64,000 nt of DNA from an uncultured Anaerolineaceae bacterium (lineage in GTDB: Bacteria > Chloroflexota > Anaerolineae > Anaerolineales > E44-bin32), in NCBI GenBank assembly GCA_964492745.1, contig CAZBLT010000004.1:28668-92667 (forward strand). The letters run 5' to 3'. The notes below the pieces were generated by a model, which was not told where the DNA came from, ran no database searches, and saw only the letters and a program-made list of their open reading frames with translations. Positions 18,264 through 25,874 of the stretch are shown in pieces; within the stretch, counting starts at the first letter, position 1; each line of letters starts with the position of its first letter. The position numbers and the translations under genes were made by a program.

Positions 18264-19478
18264 ATGATGACTTTCCTGGCAGTCGAACCCTCCTCGAATC
18301 TTCTCCCGCTGTTATTGCTTCTTGCAATCCTGCTCGTGGCTGCCAAGCTCTTGGGGGCCTTGTCCGTGCGGCTGGGCCAGCCGGCGGTGCTGGGAGAGTT
18401 GCTCGCAGGGTTGCTTCTGGGCCCTAGCCTCATCGATGTGCTGACGCTGCCGGTCTTGCGTTCGCCGGGACTCTCGGAATCGCTGCGGGCTTTCGCGGAT
18501 ATCGGAGTGCTTTGCCTGATGTTCGCGGCCGGACTGGAGACCGAACTAGACGACCTGCGCCGCGCCGGTCGGCCGGCTTTGCTGGGGGGAATCCTGGGCG
18601 TGGCGGCCCCGATCCTCTTGGGCGGGGCTGCAGGCTGGGCATTCGGGCAGGCTCCAGAGCAGGCGCTCTTCCTGGGGATCGTGCTCAGCGCTACCAGCGT
18701 GAGCATCTCGGCACAGACGCTGTTGGAACTCGGACGTCTGCGCTCACGCGAAGGGGTGGCCCTGCTGGGTGCGGCCGTTATCGATGACATCCTGGTCATC
18801 ATGATCCTCTCTGGTTTCGTCGTGGCTGTTGACCGATCAGGGTCATTTGGGCTGGTCCTGCTTCAGTTGGGCCGAATGTTCTTGGTCCTGGCGGTCTCGT
18901 TTGGTGCGGCAATCTACCTGCTGCCTTATGTGATCGGATGGACCTCGCGTTTGCGAGTTAGCGAGGGCATGTTGGCGATTTCGCTGGCGCTCATGCTACT
19001 CTTTGCCTGGGCGTCGGAGCATCTCGGAAGCGTGGCGGCCATCACGGGCGCCTTCATTACAGGCTTGGGCATGCGGCGCAGCCGACATCGGGAGGAGCTC
19101 GAAGAAGGTCTGCATCGGATCAGCTATGGCTTTTTCGTGCCCCTATTCTTGGTCAACATCGGATTGGGGGCGGACGTGGGGGCCTTGGCGCCGCGAGAGG
19201 CGATCTTCGCGCTCATCATCATCGCTGTGGCGGTGCTTTCGAAGATGATTGGAAGCGGGTTGGGGGCCTGGTTGGGCGGATTCGATCGGGACGCGGCGTT
19301 GCGTATGGGGCTGGGGATGATCTCTCGGGGAGAGGTGGGCCTGATCGTGGCCGGGATCGGCCTGGCTGAAGGCTTGATCTCCAGAGAACTGTTCGCGGGG
19401 ATTGTGCTCATGGTCCTAGCTACGACGCTTCTGACCCCGATCCTGCTCCGGCGGGCCTACGCTCATCTGGAGGTTTGA
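18264..19478 (+). CDS. Cation:proton antiporter, CPA2 family (NapA/KefB-like membrane domain, no RCK domain)
   Basis: 404 aa with about 12 TM helices. LGQPAVLGELLAGLLLGPS...FAAGLETELDDL...ISRGEVGLIVA is typical of the Na_H_Exchanger/CPA2 family. Confidence 0.85.
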   Translation: MMTFLAVEPSSNLLPLLLLLAILLVAAKLLGALSVRLGQPAVLGELLAGLLLGPSLIDVLTLPVLRSPGLSESLRAFADIGVLCLMFAAGLETELDDLRRAGRPALLGGILGVAAPILLGGAAGWAFGQAPEQALFLGIVLSATSVSISAQTLLELGRLRSREGVALLGAAVIDDILVIMILSGFVVAVDRSGSFGLVLLQLGRMFLVLAVSFGAAIYLLPYVIGWTSRLRVSEGMLAISLALMLLFAWASEHLGSVAAITGAFITGLGMRRSRHREELEEGLHRISYGFFVPLFLVNIGLGADVGALAPREAIFALIIIAVAVLSKMIGSGLGAWLGGFDRDAALRMGLGMISRGEVGLIVAGIGLAEGLISRELFAGIVLMVLATTLLTPILLRRAYAHLEV

Positions 19479-19479
19479 A

Positions 19480-19857
19480 ATGGCGCAAATGGTGATCCTG
19501 GTTATCCACAACCCAGGTAAAGTGGATGCAGTCGTGAGCCGCTGGGTAGAGATGGGCGTTTCCGGGCTGACGATTCTGGACAGCAGCGGCTGGACCCAGC
19601 AGGCAGGGCGGCGAGAGATACGCGATGACTTGCCGCTCTTTCCCTCGCTGCGCAAGGTCCTGCGTACGGTCGAAGAACGTAATCGGACGATCTTCAGCGT
19701 CGTCCCGGACGACTATGACCTGGACTCGCTGGTCACGGCAACCGAGACTATCCTGGGCAGGCTGGATGACCCGGCCACGGGCATTCTGTTCACCTTGCCA
19801 GTCACACGCAGCCATGGGCTGCGTCCCAAGGGGTCCCCGGGAGAGATGAGTTCATGA
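19480..19857 (+). CDS. PII-like signal-transduction protein (GlnB-fold, non-canonical)
   Basis: 125 aa. MVILVIHNPGKVDAVVSRWVEMGVSGLTILDSSGW...RTIFSVVPDDYDLDSLV...GILFTLPV aligns by eye with the beta-alpha-beta/T-loop/beta-alpha-beta layout of PII proteins. It starts 2 nt after the CPA2 stop, with GGAGG 7 nt upstream. Confidence 0.7.
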   Translation: MAQMVILVIHNPGKVDAVVSRWVEMGVSGLTILDSSGWTQQAGRREIRDDLPLFPSLRKVLRTVEERNRTIFSVVPDDYDLDSLVTATETILGRLDDPATGILFTLPVTRSHGLRPKGSPGEMSS

Positions 19858-19887
19858 GCGCTTCCATTGCCTTCGTGAGGAACCGGT

Positions 19888-21774
19888 ATGAGTGAGTTGC
19901 TCCAAGCAGAATCCCTGATACTGGAACTCTTTCTAATCGTGGCCCTTGTCGCTATCGTGGTCCGCAGGTTCCAGTTCCCGTACACGGTCGCTCTGGTGCT
20001 CGCCGGCCTGGCGCTTTCTTTCCGGTCCGGTCTAGAGATCGAACTCACCTCCGAGCTGATCCTATTCCTGCTGCTGCCACCGCTGATATTCGAGGCTGCC
20101 TTCCATCTAAATCTGCGGCAACTGCGGGACAATCTGGCCACGATCGGCCTGCTGGCCATCCCGGGGGTGATCCTCAACATGCTAGTGGTGGGGGGCATCC
20201 TGTCCTACGGTGCCGGCCTGTCGCTGGCAGTTGCGCTGGTCTTTGGCGCGCTGATCGCGGCGACGGATCCGGTCTCGGTCATCGCAATCTTTCGCAGGCT
20301 TGGTGCACCCAAGCGGCTCGAGGTGCTGCTCGAGGCAGAAAGCCTGTTCAACGATGGCACGGCGGTGGTGATCTTCGGCCTGGCGCTCGAAGTGTTGCAG
20401 CTGGGCAAGTTCAACTTCAGCGAAGCGCTGGTGGAATTCGTACGAACAGCCGGCGGGGGCCTGATCGTGGGAATTGTGCTGGGATGGCTGGTTTCATGGC
20501 TGATCGGCCGCATCGATGATCACCTGATCGAGACCATGCTCACCACCGTCCTGGCCTTTGGATCTTATCTCGTGGCCGAGCAGTTCCATTTCAGCGGGGT
20601 GTTGGCGGTGGTGGCCGCCGGGCTGATGAGCGGCAATATGGGCGAGCGGGCGATGTCGCCCACAACCCGCATCGCGCTTGTGAACCTCTGGGAATATTTC
20701 GCCTTTCTGGCGAATTCGGCGGTCTTCCTCATGATCGGGCTGGATGTCGAGGTGATCTCGCTGGTTTCAAAATGGCGGCTGGTTCTTTGGGCCATCGGCG
20801 CAGTGCTCGTGAGCCGGGCTTTGAGCATCTATGGCCTCGCCCGGCTGGGAAATCCGATCCCTGGCAGATGGCGCCACGTGCTCTTTTGGGGAGGGTTGCG
20901 GGGCGCGATCGCGCTCGCTTTGGCCCTGAGCCTGCCGAACGATTTCGGCCCGGACCGTCGCACACTGATCGAAATGACCTATGGGGTGGTGCTCTTCAGT
21001 CTCGTTGTGCAAGGGCTCTCGATGAACGGCCTCCTGAACCGCTTGGGGATAACCGAGAAGTCCGAGGAGCAAATAGAGTATGAGCGCCGGCACGCGCGCG
21101 CAATGGCCGTCCGCGCCGGCGTGGAGCACATCCGCCGCCTAAGCGAGGAGGGCCTGATCTCGGCCCACAGCTGGCGCCGCATCGAGCCCATGCTGCAGCA
21201 AAGGGTCGAGGGCCTGATTGGCGCCGTTCAGGAGGTGTTGCACGAATCGCCCTACCTGGAGGTCGAGGAGATGGTCGCCGCTCGGCGGGAGATGCTCCGG
21301 GCGCAACGGAGCATGCTCAGCAATATGCGGACCAGCGGCGCCCTCTCCCAAGAGATTTACGAGGAATTGGTTGCGGAGGTTGATACCGCCCTCAGAAGTG
21401 ATGAGGAGGCCTGGGCGCCTTATGCTCGGCAGACGGGCGAGGGGGAGGACATTTGTCATCTCCTGATGGCCGTTGTCCAGGCCCGCGATCTCGAATCGGC
21501 CTCGAATGCCCTCGCCATTCGGGGGGTGCGGGTGACTCGCATCGAGAGCCGAGGGGGCTTCTTGCGCACGCGCAATCACGTGTTGCTGATGGGCATCCCC
21601 CGCGGCCGGTTGCCGGCGACGCTTGAGGCGCTCGAAAGCTCCTGCCGGCAGCGGGTGGAATACCTGCCGCTCCCTGCGGGCGAAGAGGGAAAGGAGGCGC
21701 TGGAGGCGCGCGGCGTGGAGCTCAACGCGGCCGTGACCTTCGCCTTCGACGTGGAACGTTGTGAGGTGATCTGA
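19888..21774 (+). CDS. Na+(K+)/H+ antiporter, CPA1/NhaP type, with a C-terminal DarA/PstA (DUF970)-like domain
   Basis: 628 aa. The membrane domain (ATDPVSV, ESLFNDG, GGLRGAIALALA) is NhaP-like. A helical cytoplasmic linker follows, then a roughly 105-aa C-terminal domain paralogous to the next gene. Confidence 0.85.
   Translation: MSELLQAESLILELFLIVALVAIVVRRFQFPYTVALVLAGLALSFRSGLEIELTSELILFLLLPPLIFEAAFHLNLRQLRDNLATIGLLAIPGVILNMLVVGGILSYGAGLSLAVALVFGALIAATDPVSVIAIFRRLGAPKRLEVLLEAESLFNDGTAVVIFGLALEVLQLGKFNFSEALVEFVRTAGGGLIVGIVLGWLVSWLIGRIDDHLIETMLTTVLAFGSYLVAEQFHFSGVLAVVAAGLMSGNMGERAMSPTTRIALVNLWEYFAFLANSAVFLMIGLDVEVISLVSKWRLVLWAIGAVLVSRALSIYGLARLGNPIPGRWRHVLFWGGLRGAIALALALSLPNDFGPDRRTLIEMTYGVVLFSLVVQGLSMNGLLNRLGITEKSEEQIEYERRHARAMAVRAGVEHIRRLSEEGLISAHSWRRIEPMLQQRVEGLIGAVQEVLHESPYLEVEEMVAARREMLRAQRSMLSNMRTSGALSQEIYEELVAEVDTALRSDEEAWAPYARQTGEGEDICHLLMAVVQARDLESASNALAIRGVRVTRIESRGGFLRTRNHVLLMGIPRGRLPATLEALESSCRQRVEYLPLPAGEEGKEALEARGVELNAAVTFAFDVERCEVI
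21457..21771 (+). other. DarA/PstA (DUF970)-like PII-superfamily domain fused to the CPA1 antiporter
   Basis: HLLMAVVQARDLESASNALAIRGVRVTRIESRGGFLRTRNHVLLMGI...AVTFAFDVERCEVI aligns with KLLLTIIRAKDTEAVMDHLVENDFRVTHIASTGGFLRKGNSTLLIGT...ATVFVLNVDQFSAL of the downstream gene. Confidence 0.7.
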
Positions 21775-21776
21775 TC

Positions 21777-22040
21777 ATGAAGCTCTTGCTGACCATCATT
21801 CGCGCCAAGGATACCGAGGCCGTCATGGACCACCTCGTCGAGAACGATTTCCGGGTGACCCATATCGCCTCGACCGGGGGGTTCTTGCGCAAAGGGAACT
21901 CGACGCTGCTGATTGGGACGGATGAGGCGCGGGTTGAAGAAGCCCTGGAGGTCATTCGCACGGCCACAAGCCCGGCCGAGGAGGGGGAACGCAGGGCGAC
22001 TGTGTTTGTCTTGAACGTCGATCAGTTCTCGGCTCTTTAG
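21777..22040 (+). CDS. DarA/PstA-like PII-family protein (DUF970; cyclic-di-AMP receptor family)
   Basis: 87 aa. FRVT.IASTGGFLRKGN.T.LIG and ATVFVL.VD.F are hallmark segments of B. subtilis DarA (YaaQ) and S. aureus PstA. The gene starts 2 nt after the antiporter stop and has a GAGGTGA RBS. Confidence 0.8.
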   Translation: MKLLLTIIRAKDTEAVMDHLVENDFRVTHIASTGGFLRKGNSTLLIGTDEARVEEALEVIRTATSPAEEGERRATVFVLNVDQFSAL

Positions 22041-22618
22041 GGTGCCGGAGGATCTGGAGGCGCACTCTCGCTTTGCGCGAGGTATTCCTGGCGCAGCAGG
22101 CCATAGATTTCCAGATCCTCGAACTGGCCCCACTTCTGAATATGATGCCTCAGATGGCCCTCATGTCTCATGCCGAGCTTCTGCATAACGCGACCGGAGG
22201 CCGGATTGCGTGAGAAGTGCTGGGCATAGATGCGCTCAAGGCCCAGGGTTCGGAATCCATATTCCAACAGGGCGCGAGCGGCTTCGGTGCAGTAGCCCTG
22301 GCCCCAATAGGCTTTCCCCACCCAATAGCCGAGCTCTCCCCGTCTATGCTCGGGGGAGAGCACCAACCCGCAGGCGCCAAGCAAGGCCCCGTCCTCTTTC
22401 CGGACGACCGCCAGCACGACTTCCCTGCGTTGCGCAAAGTTCTCAGCGTGGGTACCTATCCACGCCAGGGCATCCGCCAGTGTGTAGGGATGCGGGATGT
22501 TGAGCGTGGTATAGGCGACCGCTGCATCCCCGGCAAGGTTGGCAATGGCCTGGGCGTCCCCGGCTTCGAAGGGGCGCAAGAGCAGGCGCCTGGTTTCGAG
22601 TGTGGGCCGGTTGGTCAT
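22037..22618 (-). CDS. GNAT family N-acetyltransferase (RimJ/RimL-like)
   Basis: MTNRPTLETRRLLLRPFEAGDAQ...WVGKAYWGQGYCTEAARALLEYGF fits the family. The start is trimmed to the ATG at 22618. Confidence 0.8.
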   Translation of the reverse strand: MTNRPTLETRRLLLRPFEAGDAQAIANLAGDAAVAYTTLNIPHPYTLADALAWIGTHAENFAQRREVVLAVVRKEDGALLGACGLVLSPEHRRGELGYWVGKAYWGQGYCTEAARALLEYGFRTLGLERIYAQHFSRNPASGRVMQKLGMRHEGHLRHHIQKWGQFEDLEIYGLLRQEYLAQSESAPPDPPAP

Positions 22619-22640
22619 TGGTGGGCCTTTCGGATCAATC

Positions 22641-23006
22641 TCATTCCGCTCCCTGGCCGGCAACTTCTTCATAGGCTGTGTAGAGAATGCGATCTGGGTC
22701 GCCCTGAAGCAGAGGCGCAAGGAAATCCTCTTCCCAGACGCGCCAGTTCGGTGGGTAGGCCTCGGGACCGAAGGGGCGATCTGGGGGACCCCATAGCGCT
22801 TCCCAGGCTTGCCGGGAGGGGTAGACCCAGACGGCTGCTGCCCGGCCACTCCGGGCCCCCTTCAAGCCCACGAGAAGTGAATAGCGCTCCAATCCTGGAA
22901 GCCTAAACAGCCCTGCGGCCTCGGCCTGCCGAAAGGCTTCGATGAGCATTTGGAGGGTGGTGCCCTCCCTGAGCTCATATTCATGGATCGAAATGATGCG
23001 TGCCAT
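22641..23006 (-). CDS. Hypothetical protein (121 aa)
   Basis: The start is trimmed to the ATG at 23006 (MARIISIHEYELREG...). Codon usage is consistent with neighbouring genes. I do not recognise a family. Confidence 0.5.
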   Translation of the reverse strand: MARIISIHEYELREGTTLQMLIEAFRQAEAAGLFRLPGLERYSLLVGLKGARSGRAAAVWVYPSRQAWEALWGPPDRPFGPEAYPPNWRVWEEDFLAPLLQGDPDRILYTAYEEVAGQGAE

Positions 23007-23050
23007 GGTTTCGGGCTCCTGGTTGTCGCCTCGCAGAAGCAATCCTGAGG

Positions 23051-23644
23051 TCAGGCAGAAGGGGATTGCTGATCTGGCTCGCGGTGGAAGCTCTCGACTT
23101 GATAGGTATAGATCTCGACATCGCCCTGCTTCCAGGCGCCAGCGGGGAGGTATGCCTTCTGGCAGAGCAGGTCGAGGAACTGGCGGGGGTCCGGTATCTT
23201 TTCCCACACCTGTGGGAGGAAAGTGCCGCGGTTCAGCCCGCGCGCAAGGATGACTCCGTCGATGCCCGGGCGCAGGAGTGAAGGGATCTGCTCAGGTGTT
23301 TCATATTCCAGGGGATCGGGCTGAGTGAGGACCGAGACTTCTACGGTCGTGTAGGGAACTTCCTCAGGCCTCAGCGGCGGGAAGCGGGGATCCTCCCTGG
23401 CTGCCGCCATCGCCCGCAGGACGACATCTTGCGCCAGAGGGAGCTGCAGTTTGATGGTGCCGATGCAGCCTCGGAGGACCCCATTCTGGGTGAGGGTCAC
23501 GAAGCTCGCACCCGGTTCGCGGAGCCGCTGCGTGAGTTGGCTGAGATCAGGTTCAGGAGCGGGCTGGTTCTGGGCGGCTGCCTGAACAGCCGCGCAGGCC
23601 AGGTCGAGCAGGACGCGCTTCTCTTCTTCCGTCAAGGTTGACAT
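23051..23644 (-). CDS. AMMECR1 domain protein (AmmeMemoRadiSam system protein A-like)
   Basis: 197 aa. GASFVTLTQNGVLRGCIGT and the RFPPL...E..V.VSVL motifs are typical of AMMECR1. Confidence 0.85.
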   Translation of the reverse strand: MSTLTEEEKRVLLDLACAAVQAAAQNQPAPEPDLSQLTQRLREPGASFVTLTQNGVLRGCIGTIKLQLPLAQDVVLRAMAAAREDPRFPPLRPEEVPYTTVEVSVLTQPDPLEYETPEQIPSLLRPGIDGVILARGLNRGTFLPQVWEKIPDPRQFLDLLCQKAYLPAGAWKQGDVEIYTYQVESFHREPDQQSPSA

Positions 23645-23746
23645 CTCTCGAACCTGGTGGGTGCGGATCTGCCTGGAGCTAGTATAGCAAAGCCTGGGCT
23701 GCGGAGCGCAAATGCGCGAGGTCGGTCGGACTGGTTGCTTTGGGCC

Positions 23747-24667
23747 TCAGCCAAAGAGAACACGAAGAACAGAGGTGGAAAAGTCTGTGAGATCCCGGAG
23801 GTCCTTTGCAAAGATTCGCCGGAGACTCTTCGGGCCGATCAGCAGGGCCGGCACAGGGTTCTCGGTGTGTCCGCGCCGCGAGAGGTCTTCCAGATTTCCA
23901 TGGTCGGAAGTGATCACGATCAGGTCGCGCCGGCGTCCCCAGGCCTCGACCAGTGCGGCGAGCACAGCATCCAGAGTTTCGAGGAGACGGAGGGCCTCCG
24001 GCATCTTGCCGCGGTGACCGACGTAATCGCTGGGCCAATAGTCAAACCACGCCAGTTGGTAGCGCCTGGCCAGCTCTGCCAATAGGCGTCCAGCATCCAG
24101 CGGTGTGTACACCGGCGCGGGCGGGAACTGGGGTTGTGCCGCCCAGCCTTCTCCGGTGAAATCGGCGGAGAGTGCGCTTCCCTCTTGGAGGTCCGCGGCG
24201 GTCATGAGCGGCAATCCGGCGGTGTGGGCGGCGAGCGGGATGGCGGAGTAAAGCCGGCGGCCGGAGAGGATCGAGTCGAAGTAGCGGGGCGGATAGGCGT
24301 TGAGCAGAGCCGCGGTTCCCCCTCTTTGCAGAGTCTCCTGGAAGAGATTGCCTTCCCGCAGGATGCTTGCGATCAGGCCATTGGGCTTGGGGCCGTAGTG
24401 GGAGCCGATTCTCGCCGGGACGTTTTCTCCTGTAAGGAGAGCCGCCTGCCCCGAAGCCGATTGGGGTCGTCCGGCCACGCCCAGTGCGGCATCCAGCGCA
24501 AGCAGTGTGGCGTGCGGACCTTCGAAGGGAGCCGCGCCGGCGGCCAGCGGTTGCCCATTCAGCAGATGTGCCAGGCCAGGCATCCGGGCGCGAACGAAGG
24601 GGTTCCGCTCCGGATCGGGCTCTCCCAGCCCCACCCCGTCGAGGAAGAGAACCAAGATGCGGGTCAC
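23747..24667 (-). CDS. Alkaline-phosphatase-superfamily metalloenzyme (iPGM/phosphopentomutase-like)
   Basis: MTRILVLFLDGVGLG provides metal-binding Asp residues near the N-terminus, and ITSDHGNLED lies near the C-terminus. The gene overlaps the upstream methyltransferase gene by 4 nt. Confidence 0.7.
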   Translation of the reverse strand: MTRILVLFLDGVGLGEPDPERNPFVRARMPGLAHLLNGQPLAAGAAPFEGPHATLLALDAALGVAGRPQSASGQAALLTGENVPARIGSHYGPKPNGLIASILREGNLFQETLQRGGTAALLNAYPPRYFDSILSGRRLYSAIPLAAHTAGLPLMTAADLQEGSALSADFTGEGWAAQPQFPPAPVYTPLDAGRLLAELARRYQLAWFDYWPSDYVGHRGKMPEALRLLETLDAVLAALVEAWGRRRDLIVITSDHGNLEDLSRRGHTENPVPALLIGPKSLRRIFAKDLRDLTDFSTSVLRVLFG

Positions 24668-25233
24668 CTGTTCTCAACCCTCCAGTGGTACCAGGCCGAG
24701 GTCCGGCCCCGATCCTCGCCTTGTGTGACCTGAACGAGTTGCATGTGCGCTGAGAATAGTGCCCGAATCGCATACTCGGTGGGTGCACCTGACGGGTCGC
24801 CGGGTCGGGCCCGTACCTTGGTGTAGAGAAGGTAATCGGCGCCGGGATGCAGCCGGGTTAGAAGGCAGGCTACGTAGCGTGATTGCGCAACCGGGGCCAG
24901 GGCGTGGAAGCAACCGATGTCCAGCGCGAAATCGAAGGGTCCCTCGATGCTTGGCAGACGGCTCACATCGGCCCGCTTGAACACCGCCGCCAAGCCTGCG
25001 CGGCGAGTCTTCTGGCGCGCCATCAGGATAGCCAGAAGCGATATATCCACTCCCACCGCGCGCCAGCCATAGCGCGCCATCGTGAGGGTGTTGGTGCCTG
25101 TGCCGCAACCTAGATCGATGGCGGAGGCGGGTTCGCGCTCCTCAAGGAAGGCGGTCAATTCGGGGGGAGAGATGCCGGTATCCCACGGCGCGTGCCGTGT
25201 GAGGTAGCGCCACTCAAAGATGACCCTCCGCAT
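24664..25233 (-). CDS. Class I SAM-dependent methyltransferase, TPMT/TehB-like
   Basis: WRYLTRHAPWDTGISPPELTAFL followed by AIDLGCGTGTNT (motif I). Its ATG overlaps the stop of the thioredoxin-like gene (cTGATG). Confidence 0.8.
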   Translation of the reverse strand: MRRVIFEWRYLTRHAPWDTGISPPELTAFLEEREPASAIDLGCGTGTNTLTMARYGWRAVGVDISLLAILMARQKTRRAGLAAVFKRADVSRLPSIEGPFDFALDIGCFHALAPVAQSRYVACLLTRLHPGADYLLYTKVRARPGDPSGAPTEYAIRALFSAHMQLVQVTQGEDRGRTSAWYHWRVENR

Positions 25234-25718
25234 CAGGGGCCCTCATCCAGGCTTGCGGCGACCTCTCGCGGATCCACCGCTCCCACGGTCCGCCACAGCT
25301 CCTGGCCCTGGCCATCGATGAAGATGAAGGTAGGCGTATATTGGAAAGGATAACGCTCCATCCAGGGCTGGCTTGCGGGGTCTTGCACGTTCAGCCGCAG
25401 CACCGTCAGCTCACCCGCGTGGTCTCTCTCGATTCCATCCACGATGGGTTTCATCGCCATGCAGCCCAGTCAATAAGGGCTCTGGAACTCGAGCAGGACA
25501 GGCTTTCCGCCGCCCACGATTTGTGCGACTTGGTCGGCTCTCGCAGTGGCGCTGCGGCCGGGGCTGAACAGAAAATAGGTGAGGCTCAGGCCCAGTAGCA
25601 ATGCAGCCAGCGCCAGCGCCTTACCTAGGTCCAGACCCCCGCGGCGTAGGAATGCCAGCAGGACTAGAAGAAGCGCGCCGGCGGCGATCGTGAAGGAATT
25701 CTGGTTGATGAATATCAT
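25233..25718 (-). CDS. Membrane-anchored thioredoxin-like selenoprotein candidate (UxxC; in-frame TGA at 25472..25470)
   Basis: Track ORFs 25470..25718 and 25233..25460 are in the same frame and separated only by TGA-CTG-GGC-TGC. The joined reading ...KPVLLEFQSPY-U-LGC-MAMKPIVDGIERD...YTPTFIFID places the TGA at the first Cys of a Trx CxxC motif. An N-terminal TM helix is present. Confidence 0.75.
25435..25447 (-). promoter_or_regulatory. Candidate SECIS hairpin for the thioredoxin-like gene
   Basis: The mRNA reads CCAUC-GUG-GAUGG, starting 22 nt after the UGA. Flanking GAU/AUC pairing is possible. The apical loop contains GU. Confidence 0.5.
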
Positions 25719-25800
25719 GGCACCTCATCTGTGCGCTATTTGCATTCTATCACCCAGCCCCCCATGGAGATGGATCGAGGCCCCTCCGCGGGGCTTCGTC

Positions 25801-25829
25801 TTTACAAGACCTTGATACTCCTTTAGAAT
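25801..25829 (+). promoter_or_regulatory. Candidate sigma70-type promoter (TTTACA-N17-TAGAAT) for the EF-G paralog
   Basis: TTTACA at 25801-25806 and TAGAAT at 25824-25829, about 45 nt upstream of the ATG at 25875. Confidence 0.4.
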
Positions 25830-25874
25830 TCCCATGCTTAAACCGAACCCTATGCTGGAAGGATCCCCTGATCG

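Noticed and set aside
25461-25472. The three TGA-interrupted genes as simple nonsense pseudogenes
   Set aside because: This was considered seriously. The stop is TGA in all three cases, never TAA or TAG. It falls exactly on the redox Cys column of a CxxC-type motif in three unrelated families. The downstream reading frame stays open and family-like, and each TGA has a nearby hairpin. Pseudogenisation remains the fallback if the genome lacks Sec machinery.
25779-25795. GGCCCC-TCCGC-GGGGCT hairpin followed by TCGTCTTT as a terminator
   Set aside because: It lies between divergently transcribed genes (the Trx-like gene on the minus strand, the EF-G paralog on the plus strand), so nothing reads into it. 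It also overlaps the region just upstream of the proposed EF-G promoter.
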